Part shown: positions 28,800 to 37,069 of the stretch, in pieces
Position numbering within the stretch: position 1 is the first letter of the stretch
Layout of the letters: each line of letters opens with the position of its first letter
Sequence record: PV946933.1
Length of the DNA: 64,000 bases
Strand: one strand, 5' to 3'
Source of the DNA: a phage
Program-made: the position numbers and the translations under genes
The notes under the pieces: generated by a model
What the model was told of the DNA's origin: nothing
What the model saw: only the letters and a program-made list of their open reading frames with translations
Database searches by the model: none

Positions 28800-29540
28800 A
28801 TGATTAATGACTCTATGACAGTTGAAGAAATCCGTCTTCATTTAGGAATTGCATTAAAGGAAAAAGATTTCGTAGTTGATAAAACTGGTGTTAAAACTAT
28901 TGAAATTATTGGTGCATCATTTGTAGCAGATGAACCTTTTATTTTTGGTGCTCTTAATGATGAATACATTCAGCGTGAACTTGAATGGTATAAATCTAAA
29001 AGTTTGTTTGTTAAAGATATTCCGGGTGAAACACCGAAGATTTGGCAGCAGGTAGCATCTTCTAAAGGCGAAATTAATTCGAATTACGGTTGGGCCATCT
29101 GGTCAGAAGATAACTATGCTCAGTATGATATGTGTTTAGCTGAACTTGGTCAAAATCCTGATTCTCGCCGCGGTATCATGATTTATACTCGTCCATCCAT
29201 GCAGTTTGACTACAACAAAGATGGTATGTCAGATTTCATGTGTACGAATACAGTACAGTACCTGATTCGTGATAAGAAAATTAATGCAGTGGTTAACATG
29301 AGAAGTAATGATTGCTGGGCAGGCTATCGTAATGATTATGCATGGCAAAAATACGTACTAGATAAATTAGTATCTGATTTGAATGCAGGCGACCCATCGC
29401 GGCAATATAAAGCAGGTTCTATTATATGGAACGTTGGAAGTCTTCATGTTTACGAAAATCAGTTTTATTTAGTTGACCATTGGTGGAACACCGGTGAAAC
29501 TCATATTGCTAAAAAGGATTATACTGGAAAATGGAAGTAA
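28800..29540 (+). CDS. 42: dCMP hydroxymethylase gp42
   Basis: 246 aa; recognised as T4 gp42. Confidence 0.93.
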   Translation: MINDSMTVEEIRLHLGIALKEKDFVVDKTGVKTIEIIGASFVADEPFIFGALNDEYIQRELEWYKSKSLFVKDIPGETPKIWQQVASSKGEINSNYGWAIWSEDNYAQYDMCLAELGQNPDSRRGIMIYTRPSMQFDYNKDGMSDFMCTNTVQYLIRDKKINAVVNMRSNDCWAGYRNDYAWQKYVLDKLVSDLNAGDPSRQYKAGSIIWNVGSLHVYENQFYLVDHWWNTGETHIAKKDYTGKWK

Positions 29541-30172
29541 ATGTGCCACATGTTTATAAGTATAAACATCCTAAAACTAAAAAGTGGTATATAGGAAGTC
29601 ACGATGGTCACAACCCGAATTATGATGGTTCGGGTGTAGTTTGGCAACATGCTAAAAAGAAATATGGAATAAAATCCTTTAATAAAGAAATATTATATGA
29701 AGGACCGATGTTTAGACAAGTTGAAGAAATTATTTTAACTTGTTTAGATGCTGCTAATTGCCCGGATTCATATAATTTAAAGAATGAAGCGTGGGGAGGA
29801 AGTTTTCCAGGTAAATTAAATGGAATGTACGGTAAGAAACTATCTCCAGAAGAAAGATATAAATGTGGAAATGCCTTTCGTGGAATCAAGCGTCCTGATC
29901 ATTCTAAAAGAATGAAAGGCGAAGGTAATCCAATGTATGGTAAAAATGAACAGGCATATGGAATTATAAATCGAGCAAAGGAAAATTCTGGTAAAACTTA
30001 TGAAGAAATTTTTGGCGCAGAAAAAGCTAAAATAATTAAAGAAACGATGTCTAAAAATCGTAAAGGAAAACCTCATAATTTGATAGAAAAAATATGTCCG
30101 CATTGCGGACTAAAAGGACGTGGGCCAAATATGACAAGATACCATTTTGACAAATGTAAGGCACTTAAATGA
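29531..30172 (+). CDS. GIY-YIG family homing-endonuclease-like protein with NUMOD3-type repeats (Seg-like)
   Basis: N-terminal VYKYKHPKTKKWYIGSH (GIY-x8-YIG-like); repeated GxxxSxExRxKxSxxxKG segments; overlaps 3' end of gene 42. Confidence 0.55.
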   Translation: MEVNVPHVYKYKHPKTKKWYIGSHDGHNPNYDGSGVVWQHAKKKYGIKSFNKEILYEGPMFRQVEEIILTCLDAANCPDSYNLKNEAWGGSFPGKLNGMYGKKLSPEERYKCGNAFRGIKRPDHSKRMKGEGNPMYGKNEQAYGIINRAKENSGKTYEEIFGAEKAKIIKETMSKNRKGKPHNLIEKICPHCGLKGRGPNMTRYHFDKCKALK

Positions 30173-31011
30173 TTCAATTCGTAATTCCAAGTTATCAACG
30201 CGTAGGGGCAGTTTCTGCCCTTGATATGTTTCCATCTGATTATGAACCACATATTGTAGTACGTAAACACGAAGAAAAAGCTTATTATGACGCTTATGGG
30301 TCTAGAGCTAAAATTATAACTATTCCTGATGATGTTAATGGAATTGCTGGTACTCGTAAAGCAATTACTGATATGTATGCAGGTCAACGAATTTGGATGA
30401 TTGATGATGATACTACTATTCGTATGAGTTCAATGCGAAAGAAAGATGATCGTCGCTGCGTAGATAAAATTAATCAATTAACCCGTGAACAGTTCTATGA
30501 ATTGATTCAATACGTTGAAGATGCCATGGATTGCGGGTATTATCATGGCCATGCTCGTCTACCTATTTTTAAAATTACTTCATCTTGGGGTAATTATCGT
30601 GAAAATTCATATGGATTCACGAATACTTGGTATGACCTCGGGAAACTTACTACAGAACAAATTGGGTATGGAAAAATTGATTTATGCGAAGATATGTATG
30701 CATTTCTCAATTTAATTAATCAAGGTTATCCGCATTTGGCCTTGTTCAAATATCTGGTTGTATCTGGAAAAGCACAAGCTCCTGGCGGATGTAGTTCAAT
30801 TCGTAGTAATTCAAAACATAATAGAGCGCTCGAGCAAATCAATAGAGAGTTTCCAGAGCAAGCTCGTTGGAAAACTTCTAATATTGAAAAACGAAAATCA
30901 TTAGGTGAAGAAGACGAGCCATTAAAGGTTCTTCGTATGTGTGTTTCGCGCAAAGAAAAATCAGAAGCGTTTCATAAGTTTAGTGCTATTCATCCAATAG
31001 CAGTTGATTAA
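30169..31011 (+). CDS. GT-A fold glycosyltransferase (candidate DNA-HMC glucosyltransferase, not T4 beta-gt)
   Basis: 280 aa; IPSYQR near N-terminus and DxD-type IWMIDDDTTI; occupies the slot of beta-gt. Confidence 0.55.
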   Translation: MIQFVIPSYQRVGAVSALDMFPSDYEPHIVVRKHEEKAYYDAYGSRAKIITIPDDVNGIAGTRKAITDMYAGQRIWMIDDDTTIRMSSMRKKDDRRCVDKINQLTREQFYELIQYVEDAMDCGYYHGHARLPIFKITSSWGNYRENSYGFTNTWYDLGKLTTEQIGYGKIDLCEDMYAFLNLINQGYPHLALFKYLVVSGKAQAPGGCSSIRSNSKHNRALEQINREFPEQARWKTSNIEKRKSLGEEDEPLKVLRMCVSRKEKSEAFHKFSAIHPIAVD

Positions 31012-31088
31012 TGCCTAAATTTATTGTGTTATAATTACTTTATCTTTAACCAGTGAGGAAAATATAATGATGCCTATGGAAAAAATGA

Positions 31089-32270
31089 ATGTCTATTGCA
31101 GATTTAAAATCCCGTTTGATTAAAGCTTCCACTTCTAAAATGACTGCTGAACTGACTACATCTAAATTCTTTAATGAAAAGGATGTAATCCGTACGAAAA
31201 TCCCAATGCTTAATATCGCTATTTCTGGCGCGATTGATGGTGGTATGCAGTCTGGTTTAACTATTTTTGCAGGTCCTTCTAAACACTTTAAATCAAATAT
31301 GTCTTTGACTATGGTTGCGGCGTATTTGAACAAATATCCTGATGCGGTTTGTTTATTCTATGATAGCGAATTTGGTATCACTCCAGCTTATTTGCGATCC
31401 ATGGGAGTTGACCCGGAACGAGTAATTCATACACCAATCCAGTCAGTTGAACAACTGAAAATTGATATGGTGAATCAGCTTGAAGCTATCGAGCGCGGTG
31501 AAAAAGTTATTGTATTCATCGACTCAATCGGTAATATGGCTTCTAAGAAAGAAACGGAAGATGCCTTGAATGAAAAATCTGTGGCAGATATGACTCGTGC
31601 TAAATCACTGAAGTCATTATTCCGTATTGTTACTCCTTATTTTAGTATTAAAAACATTCCATGTGTTGCGGTTAACCATACAATTGAAACAATTGAAATG
31701 TTTAGTAAAACCGTGATGACAGGTGGTACAGGCGTAATGTATTCGGCTGATACTGTATTCATTATCGGTAAGCGCCAGATTAAAGATGGTTCCGATCTTC
31801 AGGGATATCAATTTGTTCTAAATGTAGAAAAATCTCGTACTGTCAAAGAAAAAAGTAAATTCTTTATTGATGTTAAATTTGACGGTGGTATCGATCCTTA
31901 TTCTGGATTGTTAGATATGGCTCTTGAATTAGGATTTGTAGTAAAACCTAAAAATGGCTGGTATGCTCGTGAATTTCTTGATGAAGAAACCGGCGAGATG
32001 ATTCGCGAAGAAAAATCTTGGCGTGCAAAAGATACCAATTGCACTACATTCTGGGGTCCTTTATTTAAGCATCAACCATTCCGAGATGCTATTAAACGTG
32101 CTTATCAGTTAGGTGCTATTGATAGTAATGAAATTGTTGAAGCTGAAGTCGACGAATTGATTAACTCAAAGGTTGAAAAATTTAAATCTCCAGAAAGTAA
32201 AAGTAAATCAGCTGCTGATTTAGAAACTGACCTAGAACAGTTAAGTGATATGGAAGAATTTAATGAATAA
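31089..32270 (+). CDS. uvsX: recombinase UvsX (RecA-like)
   Basis: 393 aa; recognised as T4 UvsX. Confidence 0.95.
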   Translation: MSIADLKSRLIKASTSKMTAELTTSKFFNEKDVIRTKIPMLNIAISGAIDGGMQSGLTIFAGPSKHFKSNMSLTMVAAYLNKYPDAVCLFYDSEFGITPAYLRSMGVDPERVIHTPIQSVEQLKIDMVNQLEAIERGEKVIVFIDSIGNMASKKETEDALNEKSVADMTRAKSLKSLFRIVTPYFSIKNIPCVAVNHTIETIEMFSKTVMTGGTGVMYSADTVFIIGKRQIKDGSDLQGYQFVLNVEKSRTVKEKSKFFIDVKFDGGIDPYSGLLDMALELGFVVKPKNGWYAREFLDEETGEMIREEKSWRAKDTNCTTFWGPLFKHQPFRDAIKRAYQLGAIDSNEIVEAEVDELINSKVEKFKSPESKSKSAADLETDLEQLSDMEEFNE

Positions 32271-32607
32271 AGATGATTTAGATTTAGATCTAGAAATTAT
32301 CGACGAATCCCCCTCTTCAGAGGGGGAAGAAGAAAGAAAAGAACGCCTTTTTAATGAATCTCTTAAGATAATTAAATCTGCCATGGAAAATGTTATCCAG
32401 GAGATTGTCATTAAACTAGAAGACGGTTCTACACACATTGTGTATGTGACAAAATTAGATTGGGTTGATGGAAAAGTCGTAATGGACTTTGCTGTTCTTG
32501 ACCAAGAAAGAAAAGCTGAGTTAGCTCCTCATGTAGAAAAATGTATTACAATGCAACTACAAGATGCATTTAATAAAAGGTCAAAGAAAAAATTTAAATT
32601 CTTTTAA
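32263..32607 (+). CDS. 40: gp40-like protein (head vertex assembly)
   Basis: 114 aa from ATG 32263; T4 gene 40 position between uvsX and 41. Confidence 0.55.
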   Translation: MNKDDLDLDLEIIDESPSSEGEEERKERLFNESLKIIKSAMENVIQEIVIKLEDGSTHIVYVTKLDWVDGKVVMDFAVLDQERKAELAPHVEKCITMQLQDAFNKRSKKKFKFF

Positions 32608-32616
32608 GGAGTAAGT

Positions 32617-34044
32617 GTGGTAGAAATTATTCTTTCTCATCTCATATTTGATCAAGCTTATTTTTCAAAAGTTTGGCCATATATGGATTCAGAATATTTT
32701 GAAAGTGGTCCAGCTAAAAATACGTTCAAATTAATTAAATCTCATGTTAATGAGTACCATAGCGTTCCATCTATTAATGCGTTAAATGTTGCATTAGAAA
32801 ATAGTTCATTTACTGAAACAGAATATTCTGGTGTAAAAACACTTATTTCAAAACTGGCTGATTCTCCGGAAGACCACAGTTGGTTAGTAAAAGAAACGGA
32901 AAAATATGTTCAGCAAAGGGCGATGTTTAATGCTACGTCTAAAATAATTGAAATTCAAACTAATGCTGAACTTCCTCCGGAAAAACGAAATAAGAAAATG
33001 CCGGATGTTGGTGCTATTCCTGACATCATGCGCCAAGCATTATCAATTTCATTTGATAGTTACGTTGGTCATGATTGGATGGATGACTATGAAGCACGTT
33101 GGCTATCTTATATGAATAAAGCCCGTAAGGTTCCATTTAAACTCAAAATTCTAAATAAAATTACTAAAGGCGGAGCTGAGACTGGAACACTGAACGTTTT
33201 AATGGCTGGTGTTAACGTTGGTAAGTCATTAGGATTATGTTCATTAGCAGCAGATTATTTACAGCTCGGACATAATGTTCTTTACATTTCCATGGAAATG
33301 GCAGAAGAAGTCTGTGCTAAGCGTATTGATGCTAATATGCTTGATGTTTCTCTTGATGACATTGATGATGGACATATTTCTTACGCTGAATATAAAGGAA
33401 AAATGGAAAAATGGCGTGAGAAATCTACTCTCGGTCGTTTAATCGTTAAACAGTATCCTACTGGTGGAGCAGACGCTAATACATTTCGTTCTCTTTTGAA
33501 CGAATTGAAGCTCAAGAAGAATTTTGTTCCAACAATCATTATTGTCGACTATCTAGGTATTTGTAAATCTTGCCGCATCAGAGTTTACTCAGAAAATAGT
33601 TACACAACTGTTAAAGCTATCGCAGAGGAATTGCGTGCTCTGGCTGTTGAAACCGAAACTGTTCTTTGGACTGCAGCGCAGGTTGGTAAGCAAGCTTGGG
33701 ATTCTTCTGATGTTAACATGAGCGATATTGCAGAATCCGCCGGTCTTCCAGCAACAGCTGATTTTATGCTTGCGGTCATTGAAACCGAGGAGTTAGCAGC
33801 TGCTGAACAACAACTCATTAAGCAAATCAAATCACGATATGGTGATAAGAATAAATGGAATAAGTTTTTGATGGGTGTTCAAAAAGGAAATCAAAAATGG
33901 GTAGAAATTGAGCAAGATTCTACTCCAACTGAAGTGAACGAAGTAGCAGGTTCACAGCAGATTCAGGCTGAACAGAACCGCTATCAAAGAAATGAATCGG
34001 CTCGAGCTCAGTTAGATGCTTTGGCAAATGAATTAAAATTTTAG
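32617..34044 (+). CDS. 41: replicative DNA helicase gp41 (DnaB-like)
   Basis: 475 aa, GTG start after AAGGAG; Walker A GVNVGKS; recognised as T4 gp41. Confidence 0.95.
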   Translation: MVEIILSHLIFDQAYFSKVWPYMDSEYFESGPAKNTFKLIKSHVNEYHSVPSINALNVALENSSFTETEYSGVKTLISKLADSPEDHSWLVKETEKYVQQRAMFNATSKIIEIQTNAELPPEKRNKKMPDVGAIPDIMRQALSISFDSYVGHDWMDDYEARWLSYMNKARKVPFKLKILNKITKGGAETGTLNVLMAGVNVGKSLGLCSLAADYLQLGHNVLYISMEMAEEVCAKRIDANMLDVSLDDIDDGHISYAEYKGKMEKWREKSTLGRLIVKQYPTGGADANTFRSLLNELKLKKNFVPTIIIVDYLGICKSCRIRVYSENSYTTVKAIAEELRALAVETETVLWTAAQVGKQAWDSSDVNMSDIAESAGLPATADFMLAVIETEELAAAEQQLIKQIKSRYGDKNKWNKFLMGVQKGNQKWVEIEQDSTPTEVNEVAGSQQIQAEQNRYQRNESARAQLDALANELKF

Positions 34045-34081
34045 TTTACAAGCTGACAAGACTATGGTATAGTAGTCTTGT
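34044..34081 (+). promoter_or_regulatory. early promoter embedded in stem-loop (PeSL-like)
   Basis: GTTTAC (34044-34049), -10 TGGTATAGT; 9-bp inverted repeat ACAAGACTA/TAGTCTTGT brackets the -10. Confidence 0.55.
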
Positions 34082-34102
34082 TGGTTAAATGAGGAGATTT
34101 TT

Positions 34103-34285
34103 ATGGAATTGGTAAAAGTAGTTTTTATGGGGTGGTTTAAGAATGAAAGCATGTTTACTAAAGAAATCACAATGATGAAAGATGACGTTCAATGGGCTAC
34201 TACTCAATATGCTGAAGTTAATAAAGCATTAGTTAAAGCTTTCATTGATGACAAGAAAGTATGTGAAGTGGATTGCCGAGGATAA
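34103..34285 (+). CDS. dmd: Dmd (antitoxin against host RnlA/LsoA)
   Basis: 60 aa immediately after gene 41; recognised as T4 Dmd. Confidence 0.75.
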   Translation: MELVKVVFMGWFKNESMFTKEITMMKDDVQWATTQYAEVNKALVKAFIDDKKVCEVDCRG

Positions 34286-34286
34286 T

Positions 34287-34508
34287 ATGCATATTGTTTT
34301 ATTTAAACCTACTCCGTATAATGTCAGGAAAAATACTCAATTCAAAGCACTTGTTGCAGATACGTGGGAATTGGTGTTAGATATTCCAGCAGAAGAAAGT
34401 CCTCCATTTGGTCGAGTGGAATTTATTAAATTTGCTGTGCGCCCTACAAAGCGGCAGATTCGCCAATGCAAAAGATACTTTCGTAAAATCGTCAAGTTAG
34501 AGAAATAG
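34287..34508 (+). CDS. hypothetical protein (61.4 position)
   Basis: 73 aa from ATG after GAGGA. Confidence 0.4.
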   Translation: MHIVLFKPTPYNVRKNTQFKALVADTWELVLDIPAEESPPFGRVEFIKFAVRPTKRQIRQCKRYFRKIVKLEK

Positions 34509-34531
34509 TTATTGATGCTAGTAAAATAGTA

Positions 34532-34574
34532 GTTTACAAGCTGATAGAGTTGTGTTATAGTAATTCTATCAGCT
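34532..34574 (+). promoter_or_regulatory. early promoter embedded in stem-loop (PeSL-like)
   Basis: GTTTAC, -10 TGTTATAGT; 10-bp inverted repeat AGCTGATAGA/TCTATCAGCT brackets the -10. Confidence 0.5.
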
Positions 34575-34593
34575 AATCGCGGAGAAAAGAAAA

Positions 34594-34848
34594 ATGATGC
34601 TAGTTAATAGAGAATATCAGTTTAAATCAGAAGAAGATTTGGAAAAATTCGCAAGTGGTTGTGAACTGAATAGACGCACAGCTAAAGTCATAGGATTAAA
34701 ACCCTTTACAGTTCTAGATTGTGAAGTTTCTAAATTCCGCAGAGGGTGTTCTATTAGCGGTCATGCTCTGGTTGATGGGAACACATTTTTCTTTGTTTTT
34801 AGCGTCAGAGAACTTTTATTGATTAACGAACTTGAGGAAATAAAATAG
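34594..34848 (+). CDS. hypothetical protein
   Basis: 84-aa ORF downstream of hairpin-embedded promoter. Confidence 0.45.
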   Translation: MMLVNREYQFKSEEDLEKFASGCELNRRTAKVIGLKPFTVLDCEVSKFRRGCSISGHALVDGNTFFFVFSVRELLLINELEEIK

Positions 34849-34905
34849 TTTACTTTTGTTGGAAATTGAGATACTATATAAACATAAACTACTGAGGAGA
34901 TTATC

Positions 34906-35202
34906 ATGAAAAAATTTGTTTTTGCTGCAATTTTTGCTTTGGCTTCTTGTGCTGCTCAGCCTGCTATGGCGGGTTATGATAAAGATTTGTGCGAATGGTC
35001 TATGACTGCAGATCAGACTGAGGTTGAAACTCAAATTGAAGCAGATATTATGAATATCGTTGAGCGTGATCGCCCTGAAATGAAAGCTGAAGTACAAAAA
35101 CAGCTTAAGTCTGGTGGTGGTGTAATGCAGTATAATTATGTTTTGTATTGCGATAAAAACTTCAATAATAAAAATATCATCGCTGAAGTGGTAGGTGAAT
35201 AA
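34906..35202 (+). CDS. sp: spackle periplasmic protein
   Basis: 98 aa; signal peptide; recognised as T4 Sp (61.3). Confidence 0.85.
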   Translation: MKKFVFAAIFALASCAAQPAMAGYDKDLCEWSMTADQTEVETQIEADIMNIVERDRPEMKAEVQKQLKSGGGVMQYNYVLYCDKNFNNKNIIAEVVGE

Positions 35203-35214
35203 TTAGAGGTTAAT

Positions 35215-35571
35215 ATGTATAGTTCTGAATTTTCATATTTAAAAATGGAAAAAATTTCATACGATTTTATAGATGAAAAGGTTTATTACAGCTTCCATGA
35301 ACCGCGTTTTAATAGTGAGGTTGGGTTTATTGTAGTAAAAGACAATTTCATTTTAAAAATATATTCGGCATTAAAGGATTTTCACTACGAAAATATTAAC
35401 CTAAAATTTGATAAAGAAAACGTTCGTAATTGCGCAGTAACAATTACAGGAAATAAAGATACATGCGTTATGCTATCTGATGAAATTAATGATTTGCTAA
35501 ATAATGCAGAAAAGATTACCGTTCCATCGATTGATGACCAAATTTTTAACGCTTTTATGAATAGAGGTTAA
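35215..35571 (+). CDS. hypothetical protein
   Basis: 118-aa ORF. Confidence 0.45.
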   Translation: MYSSEFSYLKMEKISYDFIDEKVYYSFHEPRFNSEVGFIVVKDNFILKIYSALKDFHYENINLKFDKENVRNCAVTITGNKDTCVMLSDEINDLLNNAEKITVPSIDDQIFNAFMNRG

Positions 35572-35572
35572 T

Positions 35573-35737
35573 ATGAAAACATATAAAGAATTTATTAAAG
35601 AAGATATGGTAGCTGGAGATTCAGGTGGTAATCCTGAAAATATCTCTACTGGAACAACGTCAGGTGCTGTAGTAAATAAAGGTCCTGAACAGATTCCTAA
35701 AAAGAAAAAAGAGGAATCTAAAGAAAAAGAAGAGTAA
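35573..35737 (+). CDS. hypothetical small lysine/glutamate-rich protein
   Basis: 54-aa ORF between flanking genes; below track cut-off. Confidence 0.4.
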   Translation: MKTYKEFIKEDMVAGDSGGNPENISTGTTSGAVVNKGPEQIPKKKKEESKEKEE

Positions 35738-35739
35738 AA

Positions 35740-36768
35740 ATGTCATCGATACCTTGGATTGATAATGAGTTTGCATACCGTGCATTAGCTCATTTACCTA
35801 AATTCACACAAGTAAATAATAGTTCAACTTTTAAATTACGGTTTAGATGCCCTGTTTGTGGAGATTCAAAAACCGACCAAAATAAAGCCCGTGGATGGTA
35901 TTACGGTGATAATAATGAAGGAAATATTCATTGCTATAACTGTAACTATCATGCACCAATCGGAATATATTTAAAGGAGTTTGAACCTGATTTATATCGT
36001 GAGTATATCTTTGAAATAAGAAAAGAAAAAGGTAAAAGTCGTCCAGTAGAAAAACCTAAAGAACTTCCTAAACAACCCGAGAAAAAAATAATTAAATCTC
36101 TTCCGTCATGCATTAGATTAGATAAACTGGCGGAAGACCATCCAATTATAAAATACGTAAAAGCTCGTTGTATTCCAAAGGATAAATGGAAATATCTTTG
36201 GTTTACAACCGAATGGCCTAAATTAGTTAATAGCATAGCGCCAGGAACATATAAAAAGGAAATACCTGAGCCTCGTCTTGTTATTCCAATTTATAATGCT
36301 AATGGAAAAGCTGAGTCTTTTCAAGGACGCGCATTAAAGAAAGATGCTCCCCAAAAATATATCACCATCAAAGCTTATCCTGAGGCAACAAAAATTTATG
36401 GTGTTGAACGAGTTAAAGATGGTGATGTATATGTTCTAGAAGGACCTATAGATTCACTTTTTATTGAAAATGGTATAGCTATTACGGGTGGTCAATTAGA
36501 CCTAGAAATTGTTCCATTTAAAGATAGACGTGTATGGGTTTTAGATAATGAACCTCGTCATCCTGATACTATTAAACGAATGACTAAATTAGTTGACGCA
36601 GGAGAAAGGGTTATGTTTTGGGATAAATCTCCCTGGAAATCAAAAGATGTTAATGATATGATTAGAAAGGAAGGTGCAACCCCTGAACAAATTATGGAAT
36701 ATATGAAAAATAATATTGCCCAAGGGTTGATGGCTAAAATGCGGCTATCTAAATATGCTAAGATTTAA
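35740..36768 (+). CDS. 61: DNA primase gp61
   Basis: 342 aa; N-terminal zinc ribbon CPVCGDS...CYNCNYH; recognised as T4 gp61. Confidence 0.93.
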   Translation: MSSIPWIDNEFAYRALAHLPKFTQVNNSSTFKLRFRCPVCGDSKTDQNKARGWYYGDNNEGNIHCYNCNYHAPIGIYLKEFEPDLYREYIFEIRKEKGKSRPVEKPKELPKQPEKKIIKSLPSCIRLDKLAEDHPIIKYVKARCIPKDKWKYLWFTTEWPKLVNSIAPGTYKKEIPEPRLVIPIYNANGKAESFQGRALKKDAPQKYITIKAYPEATKIYGVERVKDGDVYVLEGPIDSLFIENGIAITGGQLDLEIVPFKDRRVWVLDNEPRHPDTIKRMTKLVDAGERVMFWDKSPWKSKDVNDMIRKEGATPEQIMEYMKNNIAQGLMAKMRLSKYAKI

Positions 36769-36965
36769 ATTAATCCAACTAAAGCAAATGCTAAATCTAC
36801 GAATGTATCGAGAGTAATTACTGGAATACTAACGCCATGAGCAATAGCAATTGGCGATAAAATAAAGTTCCATAGTAAAATTCCTATCATAGCAGAAATA
36901 GTAAAAGCTATACGTTTTTTATTACCTTTTATGGCATTAACAAGTGCCATTAATTTTTGTACCAT
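36765..36965 (-). CDS. small two-helix membrane protein on opposite strand
   Basis: 66 aa; AAAGGAGGA 6 nt upstream of ATG on - strand; ATAAATAT late-promoter-like box upstream; tail-to-tail with gene 61. Confidence 0.45.
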   Translation of the reverse strand: MVQKLMALVNAIKGNKKRIAFTISAMIGILLWNFILSPIAIAHGVSIPVITLDTFVDLAFALVGLI

Positions 36966-36987
36966 GCGTCGTCCTCCTTTAAATTAA

Positions 36988-36995
36988 ATATTTAT
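36988..36995 (-). promoter_or_regulatory. late-promoter-like box for the opposite-strand small membrane gene
   Basis: ATAAATAT on - strand ~13 nt before AAAGGAGGA and ATG; same arrangement as upstream of holin t. Confidence 0.35.
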
Positions 36996-37014
36996 CGCAA
37001 ATTTTACAAAATTT

Positions 37015-37061
37015 GTTTACTTTCTCAGCTTGCTGTGGTATTATAAAATAAACTGCTGAGG
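37015..37061 (+). promoter_or_regulatory. early promoter with SD-pairing inverted repeat
   Basis: GTTTAC-N18-TGTGGTATTAT; TCTCAGC (37023-37029) complementary to GCTGAGG (37055-37061) at the SD. Confidence 0.55.
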
Positions 37062-37069
37062 ATAATATA

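Noticed and set aside
31021-31088. Possible MotA-box middle promoter upstream of uvsX
   Set aside because: Sequence is AATGCCTAAAT with a TGTGTTATAAT-like -10; the box deviates from TGCTTtA at key positions, so it was not annotated.
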